A DNA stretch of 64,000 nt from the human T2T-CHM13v2.0 reference genome, Homo sapiens (GCF_009914755.1 NC_060927.1), one strand, 5' to 3'; positions 13,014 to 26,719 are shown, numbered from the stretch's first letter. The notes: generated by a model from the sequence alone, not told the origin. Made by a program: numbers and translations.

Positions 13014-13318
13014 TTTTTTATTTTTTTTTATTTTTTATTTTCTTTTTAGTAGGAGTCTCACTCTGTTGCCCAAGCTGGAGTGCAGTGGCGCAATCTCGGC
13101 TCACTGCAAGCTCCACCTCCCAGGTTCACGCCTCAGCCTCCCGAGTAGCTGGGACTACAGGTGCCCACCACCATGCCCAGCTAATTTTTTTCTATTTTTC
13201 AGTAGAGACGGTGTTTCACCATGTTAGCCAGGATGGTCTCGATCTCCTGACCTTGTGATCCACCCACCTCAGCCTCCCAAATTGCTGGGATTACAGGTGT
13301 GAGCCACCGCGCCTGGCC
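13014..13318 (-). mobile_element. Alu (AluY-like)
   Basis: Antisense Alu with Y-type diagnostics gcaagctcc, ttcacg, ttagccaggatggtctcgatctcctgacc; T-rich tail at the left. Confidence 0.88.
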
Positions 13319-14018
13319 TACAGGGGTTCTTTATACTATTCTTGCAAACCTTCTGTGAAGTTGAAGGTATTTCTGAATAAAAAGTGTTATAAAAATAATC
13401 TATTAACTATTAAAACACTTCACCCTAAACACTTCAGCATGCTTAGTGACATTCTCTTCAAAACTACAATACTATTTTCCTGCCTAAGTAAATTAGCAAT
13501 AGCTCCCTAATATCATCTAATATACAATCCAAATTCGAATTTCCCCATTGTCTCCAAGTATTTTACAGCTGGTGTTTTAGAACCAGGATGCAAAACTCTT
13601 ATGCTGTATTTGTTTGCTATGTTCCTTTAGTCTTAGAGGGGCCAGGCTAGTAAATACCTTACATCCTGTATCTGATTGTTTCCCGTCATGGTCTGTCATT
13701 TGACTTGTTTCTGTGTTCCCATTCATTACCAAGAACTTCCCCCCTTCCTCAACACAAATGTACTAGGCTCACCTTATAATTTCCTTGTCCCAGATTTGGA
13801 ATTAACCATTTCTCCAGGGAGCCCCACTTCCTTTCAGTGTTTAAACATCAAGATTTAAAGTTGGGAGTGTCCAATGCCACCGAGGTGCCTTTGCTTTCAT
13901 GCTCTTCATTAGGCAGAGCTGAAAAACTTAATTCTTTTTTTTTTACATGAGACTTAAGAAAACTTAATTCTTAAAAAATGAGTCCATATAGATATTTTCA
14001 ACTATAAATCAATGTTCT

Positions 14019-14326
14019 GGCTAGGCGCAGTGGCTCATGCCTGTAATCCCAGCACTTTGGGAGGCCAAGGTGGGCAGATCTCTTGGGCCCAGGAGTTTGA
14101 GACCAGCCTGGGCAACTTGGCAAAACCCCATCTCTACAAAAAATACAAAAATTAGCCTAGCATGGTGGTGCACACCTGTAGTCCCAGCTAGTCAGGAAGT
14201 TGAGGTGAGAGAATCGTTTGAGCCCAGGAGGTCAAGGCTGCAGTGAGCCATGATCGTGCCACTGGGCTCCAGCCTGGGCAACAGAGCAAGGCTAAAAAAA
14301 AAAAAAAAAAAAAAAAACAGAGCAAG
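14019..14326 (+). mobile_element. Alu (AluJ-like)
   Basis: Full dimer with A tail; 13-bp TSD AAATCAATGTTCT (14006-14018, 14327-14339). Confidence 0.92.
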
Positions 14327-14894
14327 AAATCAATGTTCTAAAGTTTTCTCTTACCTTCTTTGATTTTGTATTTTATCTCTTTTCTTTTACACTGAAAATC
14401 TTGGTTCCTAATAGCATTAACATATTTACTTATAGCATAGCGTCAAAATTACAATACCAATATTGCCACCAATAATAAGCCTACGGCAAGAAGCTAGAAT
14501 TGCTTTGCATTTTTTTGTCTTTAGAATATAGTTCAATCATAATATGACTAGAGTATTGTGTTTGAAGTTTAAATTCTTACAAACAGGTTATAATTATTTT
14601 CTCTGTGTGCTTATGTTACTAATTTGATAATTAGATGCATTAACTTCAAATTAAATTTCTTTCCATTTGTAGGTTTTTCCTTCTTGCTTTTCAATTTAAT
14701 TTTCTTTTCCAAATATGAAAACGTGTACTTGACACAACAGTCAGAAATATATTAAAAAATTCATCCAGTGAAGTCTCACTTCTACCCCATCTCCTCCATC
14801 TCCCCGCTCGTTCCCTAGCGTTAATCATTCTAATTATTTTCTGTTTTTTCCCTCTAAGCATTTCTTTTTGCAAAAATAAGAAAACTACCTGTTT

Positions 14895-14990
14895 ATCCAT
14901 CCATCCATCCATCCATCCATCCATTTATCCATCTAGTCTATCATCTATCTATTCTCTGTCTAATCTATTTATCCATCCACCCATCTATTC
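14895..14990 (+). repeat. (TCCA)n/(TCTA)n microsatellite
   Basis: Direct reading. Confidence 0.85.
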
Positions 14991-16559
14991 TTATTTTTCC
15001 TCCTTTCTTACTTAAAAGATAGTATGCCACATATCCTACTCTAGAAACAGTCTTGTCTATTTCTGGATTTCTACCAGGTTTTCTTTTCCTCACGTTTAAC
15101 ATATTCTGGAGGTCACTCTGTGTCACAGATCCCAGACCTGCCTCCATTCTGCCTTACTGTTGCGTAGTACGCCCTGTGGGGGTGAACCATAGTTTTTTCA
15201 AGCACTCTCTCATCGCAAAACACTTGGATTGTATCCAAGCTCTTATTTATTAAACAGTTGGCTGCGGTAGATAAACTTGGACTATTTTATGTCATCTGCA
15301 TGATGTTGTATCTTCAGGGTATGTGCCTAGATGCAGGATTGCTTGGCTGAAATGTAAATGCATATGTAATTTTCGTAGGTATTACCAAATTCCCCTCCAT
15401 GTGGGAGTGTCACCTTTCACTCTATGAGTGAGATGCGGGAGAGGGCCTCTTTCTCTTGGCATGACCAGCAGACTGTGTGTTTGACATTTAGGTTTTTGCT
15501 CATATGATAGGAGACAAAGTGTGGGTTGAACATCTCAGATTTTAAGAGCCATTACTTCTTTTTTGGTAAACTGAGTATTCATGTCTTTGCTCATTTTTTT
15601 CTATGGGGGTTTCGCATCTCTTCTTAACATTTAGGAGCTGTTTGTATATTAGTTGGTCATTTGTCTTTTGACTTTGTTTACATTGTATTTAGCCAAGCAG
15701 AAGATTCTTATTTTTGGTTTCTTTTGAGATTCTTATTTTTGAATAGTCAAGTTATCAATCTTTTCACTTTATGGCTTCTGAATTTTGATTCTTGGTGATA
15801 AAGGCCTTCCCCACTCCACGGGTATAAAGGAATTCAGCCATATTTTCTGTGACTTATATTTCTTTTGCAGTGAAATATACATGACCTAAAAAATTAACCA
15901 CTTTAAATGTACAGTTTAGTGGTATTAAATACATTCACATTCTTGTGCAACCATCACCATCATCCATCTCTAGATAGTTTCATTTTTTTACATTCGAATC
16001 TTTGACCCATTTGAATTTTGTCTTGGTGTAGGGTAGGAGATACCCATCTTTTACCAGACCTTTTTTTCAATTCAGTGAAATTCACCTCACAAAAAATTAA
16101 CCATTTTAAAGTGTACCGATTTAGTGGCATTTAGTATGTCCACAATATTGTTGCAACACTATCTATAAGAAGTTCCAAAATGTAGATGGTTTGTAATCGT
16201 CTCAGCAGAATTTATGAACAAGTCCTTCATTGCTTCACTGAATTGCAATGTCATCCTTATCATGTGTTAAAGTTCCCTTTTCACTCAAGCCCAGTCTATT
16301 TCTGGATTTCTGCTCAGCTCCACTGGTTTGCTTATTCATGAGCCAGCCCCCATATTATTGAGACATTATAGGAGCCTGCCCTTGACACACATTACATGCA
16401 GGAGGCCCCAGGTCACTCTGCGAGCTCTCCCTGGTCCAAGCGCATCACTCCCATGCTTTGACTCTGATGGTAATGTAGGCATCTCCTGGATAAACTGTTT
16501 CTGACTCTGGCTTCTTTCCAGAGCTACAGATCCATCCTGCCAACCTGTGGTCAGACTCT

Positions 16560-17610
16560 CCTGGCTGTTCCACAGCTCCTCAGATTGCTTGCAAATAATT
16601 GGCTCTCCTTCACATAGCGGTTAAAGGCCCTGTGAGCCTTCCAAATTATTCAGGCTCAAAACAGGGCTGTCGTCTTTGACTTTAATTCTATTTCTACATT
16701 CAATTGGTCCCCAAGTCCTTCTAGATTTCTACATCCAGTCTCCTTCTTTGCACGTTATATCCCGGTAGGGGTGGAGACTGTTGCTGCCTTTGAACTTACA
16801 GTAGCTTCTTCTCCAATCTCCCTGCCCAACCCCAGGCTCTCCATGACCCACCTCCTCTTCCGGAAGCTGCTCTGATGGTGTCGTGGTCCGACGGCCCCCA
16901 CTGTTTGAGAATGCAGCCTGCACATCCCAGCCCAGTATTCCCAGCCTCCCAGGAAGGCTTCTACTTGTTCCTCTGCCACAATCTGAGCCACATGCACACC
17001 CACCTGCCCACGGTTCCTGAAGCATACGCACACGTTCCTGCCCTGTGCCTCTGAACAGGCAGCCTCTCCTTGAGGTCCTCACCCTGCCCCAGTCCTTTAG
17101 GGCCCTTTAAATCCCTTCATCCATGGCATCCACTGTAATTCCCTAAATGCAGGTGCAGCTTCCGGAAGAGGAGGTGAGTCATGGAGAGCTTAGGGTGGGC
17201 AGGGAGATTGGAGAAGCTACTGCAAGTTCAAAGGCAACATACCCCTTCCATAACCCTGAAGCACTTCTTGCCCCTGTCACATGTGAGTTGATCACAGTCC
17301 TCCCTTGTTTTCTCCTCTAGCACCATCCCCCACCCTATAGATGGAGGGTCCTGAGAGCAGGGGTGCCACATGGCTCTGTGCTGCAGTGGCTTCTAAGGTG
17401 AGTGTGGCTGGATGGGGCGCAAAACAGTCCTGAGTGAACGATGATGTTTGTGTGGACTTGGGGAGGGAATGCACCGTGCATGTGCCCATGTCTGCCAGGG
17501 CCGTCTTGGAGAGCAAAGATCATACTTTATTCACCTGTGCATTCCCTAGGGTTCCTGGCACGGGCCTGGCAGAAGGTGGGTGTTTGATCAATGTCTGTTG
17601 AAATGAATTG
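16560..17610 (+). mobile_element. Degraded L2 fragments
   Basis: Ends in L2-type 3' terminus (cctggcacgggcctggc...tgtttgatcaatgtctgttgaaatgaa). Confidence 0.5.
16785..17236. repeat. Inverted duplication, arms 16785-16870 and 17155-17236
   Basis: Manual alignment of one arm to the reverse complement of the other gives roughly 90% identity with small indels. Confidence 0.93.
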
Positions 17611-17786
17611 TAGGCAGTGTTTCCATAATGGCCACTTACCAAAGAAACTCAATTCCATTACTCTAGCTATAGCTGATGCAATATGTTTCCTTGACCACCA
17701 TGGAAACAGAGTTTGTTGAGAAGTAGTTTTGCATCTGTAATGAGAATTCTTTTTCTCCTGGTTTTATTTATGTATTTACACATTTG

Positions 17787-17904
17787 TTTTAGAGACAAGG
17801 TCTTGTTATGTTGCTCAGGGTGGATTCAAACTCCTGGGCTCAAGCAATCCCCTGCCTCAACCTCCCAAGTACTGGGACTACAGGCGCACACCACTATGCC
17901 TGGC
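17787..17904 (-). mobile_element. Alu monomer (FLAM-like)
   Basis: Single-arm Alu sequence agagacaaggtcttg...caggcgcacaccactatgcctggc. Confidence 0.75.
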
Positions 17905-17994
17905 TGCTCTCTTGGTGGCTTTTATTATTATTATTATTATTATTTTAAAGAACCCTGCTTTGCAGACTTTAAGATATTTTTAGTTTTGTGTCTC

Positions 17995-18478
17995 TATGTA
18001 TTAACTATGTTTTTAAATTTGCTGTACTTTGATGCTTTAACATCTCAGGCCTTGCTGATCCTGGAAAGACAGTCCCACCCCATCATGGATGGGACTTCAA
18101 TTGCCTTTATCAGACTCTCCCCGCTCCAGGCCACTGTCCCCCTGTCCTGATCACCTCAGGGCCAGGCAACAGACAATTAAGGACAGCCTTGCATCTGAGA
18201 GCCCTGAAATTCTTCAAACTAATCAATCCTAAACCTGCTCACTGCACCTCACCTGTTCTTCCCCTCGGAAGCCACAATAAAAGCCCCGGCCCACAGTTCC
18301 CTCTCCCTCTGGCCCCTGACCTGCCCCGTGCTCCCCTGCAGGGCCCTGCGTGGCATGCTTTGCCATCTGTTTCTAGGGACCTGTCAATGGAATAAACTTC
18401 TCCCCTCATGACAGTAATGTTCATGTCTGTGTGTCTTACCATATCCAATTAAAACAGATCCTAGGTACTCTTAAAACA
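17995..18478 (+). mobile_element. ERV1-class solo LTR (MER39-like)
   Basis: ggccttgctgatcctggaaagac...tcaaactaatcaatcctaaacctgctcac...aataaa...aaaaca; homologous to 42790-43232. Confidence 0.6.
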
Positions 18479-19527
18479 CCCCAGCACTGCATTCGATGCG
18501 AAGTATAATAAATTCGTGATAATCCTTTGTTGAATGATTAAATAGTCTCCTACAAAATATTTCTGTCTGAAAATAACTTTCCATGTTGTTACCATGTACA
18601 AAATGAGTCCCCCGGGAACCTATAGAACCCTGGTGATCCTGTTACTGCTGGAATGGGAAGAGCCAGCCTCCCCCTTCCCTTTTTTCAGGGAACCAGGCTT
18701 TCTTAGCATTCATTTTCTTACAGAAGAAAAAGCTGATAAAAAATAGCTTTGCGTAAGGAAAGTGAGACGAAGCCTTTAAAAAGTAGTAAAAACAGCACTT
18801 GGTATTTGTGTGAGAGTTCATAACGTACAAAGCACTTTTCCCAGAGTTTGTTTCATTTGTTCCCCACAAGCTTGTGAGGTAGGGATTCTTTCCCCATTTT
18901 CTAGCAAAGGAAACTGACCCTGGAGAGACTAAAGGGCAGCGCTCAGCCCCCAGTAGGTGAGCCACAGGGAGGGACTTGAGTACAGGGTGTGAACTCCAGA
19001 CTCAGGGTTGTCACTCTCACAGCTCAGGGCAAAACACAGCAGGAAGCAGGGGACTGAAGATTGAGGAGGGAAAGAAAAGCCTTCTTAACAAGATAAAGAA
19101 CCCGCTGTGTGAAAACACAGGGCTGGCATCTTCCCTACACGCCCAGACCCCAGGGCTTGTGCCTAGAGCTGCTCACCCCAGGTGAGTCCTGAGAAGGATC
19201 TGGTTCCGTGTCAGGCAGGGACAGGTGGTTCACACTCACCAGCACCTGCAGATGTGCAAACAGGGAGGCCACTGGGAAATGTTCTTCTGAAGACTTCACA
19301 AATTTCTAAGTGTGGGATACAATAGGAACAGAAGGGCTGGGCAGAGGCTAACCCTGGAAGTAACCACAACAAATGGCAGCCAATGTCCACTGGAGACCTC
19401 ATGTCTATGAGGCCACCGAGTGCACTGACGGACACCATGACTGGGTCTCAGGAGGTTCAGTGACTTTTCCAGCCCAGGGCTGTCTGAGCAGAGCTGGGAG
19501 GAGCGGTGGGTGGAAGGAGGGTGAGAG

Positions 19528-20080
19528 TGCCAGAGGCGTTTGAACCAGAGCAACTCCATCTTGAACGGGGGCTGGGTAAAATGAGGCTGAGAGCTACTGG
19601 GCTGCATTCCCAGACGGTTGAGGTATTCTAAGTCACAGGGTGAGATAGGAGCTTGGCACAAGATACAGGCCATAAAGACCTTGCTGATAAAACCGGTTGC
19701 AGTAAAGAAGCCGGCTAAAACCCACCAAAACCAAGATGGCAACAACGGTGACCTCTGGTTGTCCTCACTGCTACAGTCTCAACAGCGCCATGACAGTTTA
19801 CAGATGCCATGGCAACGTCAGGAAGTTACCCAGTATAGTCTAAAAAGGGGAAGCATGAATAATCCACCCCTTGTTTAGCATATCATCAAGAAATAGCCAT
19901 AAAAATGGGCACCCACCAGCCCTCAGGCTGCTCTGTCTATGGGGTAGCCATTCTTTCATTCCTCTACTTTCCTAATAAACTCGCTTTCATGTTACTCTAC
20001 GGACTCCCTCTAAATTCCTTCTTGCTTAAGATCCAGGAACCCTCTCTTGGGGTCTGGATCAGGACCCCTTTCTGGTAACA
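19528..20080 (+). mobile_element. MER41A solo LTR (ERV1)
   Basis: TG...CA ends (tgccagaggcgtttgaaccagagcaactccatcttg ... ggacccctttctggtaaca), 553 bp, 4-bp TSD AGAG, lacks the MER41B GAS-containing segment. Confidence 0.9.
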
Positions 20081-21729
20081 AGAGTGAGGGGGATTCAGGC
20101 CTGGGAGGCAAGGCAGATGCAGACCACTGGATGGGAGGAGAGGTGTCACTGTCTTGGGAGGACGTGGCCTGAGACCATGGTAAGGATGCTGGCCTCTACC
20201 TAGAGAGAGGGGAGGCTGAGGAGAGTTTTAGGCACAAGAGGGATGTTTGCATTTTTTAAAAAATGGCCTCATTATATCACTGTCTCCACAAGATCATTAT
20301 AGAAAAGTCTTGTCAAAAGCTTCATCCACCAACTCCATGCCTCCCTGGGGAGAAAGGACCCTATGCAGCCATCGCTCTGACTTCCAGGGTTCAGAGGGAG
20401 AAGCTTTGCCTCTGAGCAGAGGGATGGAGTGGCTGGGTGCGCAGCTGTACCTGGGTGGGTGTGCTGACGTGGAGCAAGTCACTAAAGAGCCCAGTAAAGA
20501 GGGCAGGGCAGCCGAGCCCCTCCAGCCTGCCTCCCAATCGTACAGCGTAGAGCGTTGTGGCCCTGCAGAGGAAAGTGGGCGTTCCTTGCAGAGCAGGAGG
20601 CCCAGGTCTGAAGTAGAAAACCCTGCTGGAGCCTTTCCTGTGGTGGAGCCGGGTTGGTCTAAGGAGTCTAATTCTGGAGCCCACCCCCTTAACCCTGTGG
20701 GATCCATGGCTGCCTTGATGCAGCGCTGCTTTCCCTTGAATCTACCTTGACCGGGTCTCACTTTCATAACCAGAGGAAAGACGCAACATGTGTTACCCAA
20801 AATGCAGGAAAGTGGATCCAGGTGCTAACCTGGGACTGGTCTGGTCCCTCATCAGCTCAAAGAGGAATGCCAGGGAGGCCGACCTAGAGTAAGGAGGCGT
20901 TGCCATGAGGCGCCAGGGCACCTGGCTCCCAGTATTCCATTTCACCATGGAAGCATCGCCCACTGCCTCTCCCATCAGGGGTCTGCAGTGCGCCCGTGCC
21001 TTCATTTACCCTAATTCCGAGCCCACACGCTCTCCACTGGGGGTTCGGCACAGACAGACATTTCTCCTCATTTCTCACCCCTGCTCCTTCGCAGGTGCCA
21101 ACCACAGAGTGTCTCCCTGACCCTCCAGAGTGGCTGCACAGGGGCCCTGCAGGATTTGCTAGCCTGCCAAAGAAACCAACTCCATTAAAAGATGAAAGAA
21201 CACATTTGAAAAAGGGCTCTTATCTTGGCTCTGTCCCAACTTGACAGCCCCCAGGTGAAGAGATCCAAGGACCAATCCACCTTTCCACAGGCAGTTTATT
21301 CCCCTCAGCCCAGCAAATGCCTTCTCTCTGGATTTTCCTGGTCATCTCTCCTCAGGTGACTAAGCCAGCCAGTCATGGCAGGCACACGGGCTGAGGCTCT
21401 GGAGAGATGGGAGCCCCTGACTGTGAGGAGGACAGACACTTCCTTCCCTTACAATTTGGGTGTCTGCCCTGCATTCCTGGCCAACCCACAGGAAGTCAGC
21501 CAGCATCAGAAAGGAGGAATCTTACAGAATGTGTGGTCAGGGCAATAAGACAGACGATCACTGTGGGGCCTCTAGCCTCAAGAACCACACAACAGACCCG
21601 GAGGAGCCCGACGTGGGAGTCTTGGCTCATTCAGACCCAAAGGAAGAATTAAAGTCATTTGTTGATGAACACCAGAGTGGAACAAGCCTTTGTTTTAGGA
21701 GCAGAAAGGAAGAATTGCCTTAGTCCCCA

Positions 21730-22215
21730 TTTTTAGATCTAAAGGAAGTCATAAACTCATATATGCTACAACAGGAGGGAGAGAAACTAGTACAACCCCC
21801 TTGGGAAAACAATTTGGTATCCGGTAAGGTTGAATTTCCTTACTTTACAACTCAGCAATTCCACACCAGGATATATGTCCAAGAGAAGCTCTTAGACACA
21901 GGAATCGGACTGTTCATAGCAGCCCCGTTGTTATAACTAGAGAATGGATACATTGTGGCAAATGGATTATCACACAGTAGTGAAAAGCAAATAAACTAGA
22001 GCTGCACAAAGCAGCACTGATGAGTCTTAGAAAAGAAACACAAAGTGAAGAAAGCAAATCACAGAAGACTGAGTAAGTATGACTCCATTTTATAATGTTA
22101 AGAAAACAAGCAAAAGCAAATATACATATTTTTAGAGACTCATACTTATGTGATAAACACATAAAATAAAAAAGCAAGAGAATGAAACACAAATTCCAAG
22201 ATTGTAGTTACCTCC
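21730..22215 (+). mobile_element. Ancient L1 (L1ME-like) 3' fragment
   Basis: ttgggaaaacaatttgg...cagcaattccacaccaggatatatgtccaagagaa...gtatgactccattt. Confidence 0.65.
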
Positions 22216-22274
22216 AGTCACCTCCTGTCTACTCATCAAGTTGTTGGGGGAATAAATGAAACAGCTGAACATAC

Positions 22275-22428
22275 CTGGCAAAAGGTGGGTTTCCAGCACG
22301 TGCTCGCTCCCCGCCTTCTCCCATTCCCTCCCTTTGTATGGTTTCAGAGGAGAAAAATGTATAAATTCTGGCATTCTCTTGGTGCTCGCATCCTTCCAGG
22401 GGAAGATCCTTCTGAATCTAGTCTGCAT
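22275..22428 (-). CDS. MGLL: Candidate alternative first (or 57-nt cassette, 22275-22331) coding exon of MGLL: MQTRFRRIFPWKDASTKRMPEFIHFSPLKPYKGREWEKAGSEHVLETHLLP
   Basis: ATG at 22428-22426 with purine at -3; strong donor CAG|GTATGT at 22275/22274 in phase 1, which joins exon 9156 in frame (G+TT = Val). Confidence 0.45.
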
Positions 22429-23150
22429 CTCTCCCACTTACAAGGATTTTCTCCTGTTCAGCTCTGCAAAGAGATGGGGCAGCTGGTCTGCACCTTCAGT
22501 TAGAATCCTGGCTCTCTTAGAGTGCAAGCGTTAAACCATCTTTCGGCTCAGTTCCTTCACGCTAAAAGCTCCCAGGTTTAACATGGAACAGACCTTTTTA
22601 TTTTCCCTTGAAAACATTCAGTTAGATCTGTTGTCCTCTGTGAGATTACAGAAGTTCCCAAACAGTGCTAGTTCCATTGTTTGGAGCTCAGGGTCAGTCA
22701 AACCTAATAAAAGTACAGACACCTGGCAACCCAAGTTTCACTTCTGCTGAAATTATTGTAAGTATCACTTTAAAAAACAAAGAAGATTGCATGAGGAAAA
22801 GCAAATTGCTTTAAAAAAATGGACGTTCATTACTCTAGGATGTGAGATACTATATTTTTTAACAAGAAGTGAAACTTTTAGAAAGCCTGGGTGATAAGCA
22901 ACTAAAAACAGCTGAAGTCAGGATCCCAGAGCTTCCAGAAAAGGCAGGAGTTGGGTCAGCGAAAAAGAGTAATGAGTCACAAAGAGTAAATGAGTCTGGT
23001 CCTAGAGAGAACACGTGAGAAATGGCTCCGCTGCCCTGGAGACTTCAGCTTCATGCATCCCTGCCCAGGCAGGGCTGGGTGAGGGGAAGGGCTCCTTTCA
23101 CCTGGGTTTAATGAATGAATAAGCACTATTCCAAATTTGAATTCAGCTAA

Positions 23151-24182
<1,032 letters not shown>

Positions 24183-24183
24183 A

Positions 24184-24486
<303 letters not shown>

Positions 24487-24581
24487 CATCAACTCCTTCT
24501 TAAAACGGGCATTAATTATGCATTCACATATGGCACATGGTAATATTATCTAAGTAAGAATAACGTAAGAAGTGCTCGTGT

Positions 24582-24997
<416 letters not shown>

Positions 24998-25364
24998 CTA
25001 CCTCCCAAGGAGCTGCTGGTGGAAGGGTGGAGGCTGGTCAGGCTTCTGGTGTTCAGCACCCACTCAGCCCTGGGTTGCTCACAACCATGGACAGGCAGAA
25101 GGAGGTCCTGGGCAGGAGCCATCTGCCAGGCTGGAGCACCGGGCAGCCTGGGTCCCACTCCTTGGGCCTGCCTGCAGAGAGGTTAGAAAGGGATTATCTG
25201 GCCCTCTCCATCTGGGCACACTGCTCAGCTTCCAGCATGGGGGAGAAGGCCAGTCCAGCCCCTGTAGGAGTGAGCACTCCTGAGTACCAAGCGGCAGGGT
25301 GGTGTGAGGGGCTTCTGCAGCAGGGCACAGAGTCCCTGGATGCCAACTGACAGTGTGACTGTAT

Positions 25365-25562
25365 AAAGAAGCGGTCCCAATCTGCACCAGCCGCACAGGC
25401 CAGCTATGCTTACATTTACATCAGTTAAAATGAAAAAGCAGAAAAACTCAGTTCTGTAGTCTTACCAATGCCCTACGGCCACACGCAACCAGTGGCTTCC
25501 ACGCAGGATGGGCAGAGGTAGAACATGTCCACCATCGCAGAAATTTCTAGTAGGCAGCATTG
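25365..25562. mobile_element. MER3/MER33-like DNA transposon relic
   Basis: ggccacacgcaaccagtggct...agaacatgtccaccatcgcagaaatttcta resembles MER3. Confidence 0.6.
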
Positions 25563-25759
25563 AAGATGCCTTCAATTCAGGAGGCACCAGGTGGAATGAA
25601 GGAAATGCCTGTGTCCATTTGCCTGCATCTTAAATGATACACACTGCATCTCTGCTCTGATTGCAAAAGTAAAACATGTTCAAGGGAGCTATCTGGGAAA
25701 AATCCCGAAAAGCCTCAAGTGGCCGCTGAGTGCAAAGACCCCAGAATGAGACTTCTTCA

Positions 25760-25955
25760 GATCAAATCCGGATCCACCACAGGGAGGCCTCTTGTGGGGG
25801 GTTCAACTTCTTTGAGGCTCAGTCACCTCCTTTGCAAATTGAGGGTAGTGAAAGTCCCCACCTCTCTGGCTTGTTAGTGAGTTTAACTGAGATAATTGCT
25901 ATAAAGTGCTTAGAGCAGTAAGACACAGAGTAAGTGGGCAGTAAATATTGGTTGT
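25760..25955 (+). mobile_element. MIR
   Basis: MIR core and tail (gaggctcagtcacctcc...gttagtgagtttaactgagataa...taaagtgcttagagcagt). Confidence 0.65.
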
Positions 25956-26719
25956 AGAAATAAGAACTAAAAGTCAAACCACTCCTGCCAACCAGAAATA
26001 ATTAAGTATTATTAGTTTGGTCTCCTTTCAATAACTTGCCAACGTGAACTGTATGAACTGGCCTGGGAAGACCTCCAAGAGCCACTGTGGATAGAAAAAG
26101 CTTAAATTGCTGAATGACGCCTACGTAGCTCACCACTGATGCTTTTAAAAACCCACAAAATACTACTGTTTCCTTTGGCTCATACGTGATATCAAAGCAG
26201 AGAGAAAGCTCTGGAAGATTATACTGCAAACCGGCCATGCTGGTGACCTTATGGAGGGCTTTGGGATGGAGCAGCAGGCCTGAGATTTCATTCATGGAAC
26301 TCTTACATGGACAACTGGATGCCACGCAGGGGTGTGGACCAGTGGTACTGTGCTGCTTCTTTGAGGCTTTGGGGGTTCCTGGAGATGCTTTCTACCATCC
26401 TCCAAGTGTGCATGCAGCCAGCCCCCAGCGCACCTTTGCTAAGCACTTGCTGTATGCTGGCCAGTGTCTAGGTGAAGCACGTATAGAGACTCATAAAATG
26501 CAGGTGTGGGCCTGGGGCCAGACACACACACAGCGAGTCCCCTTGCCTGTGTGGGAGCCCGCTCAGAGGCCTGCGGGCCAGCAGGCAGCTCTGAGTGGGG
26601 AAGCCCTGGCCTCAGCAGGTCCAGGCCGCACAGGAATGTGGGTCCAGCGTGGCCCAGTCTTCCAAATGTTCAAGATAAGCTAGAAATCCAGTTTTAAGGT
26701 CAAGTCTCCTAGTTCTCTT

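Noticed and set aside
15868-16180. Two similar ~110-bp segments suggesting a local duplication
   Set aside because: Both look like diverged 3' tips of old L1 elements; family homology explains the similarity.
19528-20080. Interferon-inducible MER41 enhancer
   Set aside because: The tandem GAS segment of MER41B is absent.
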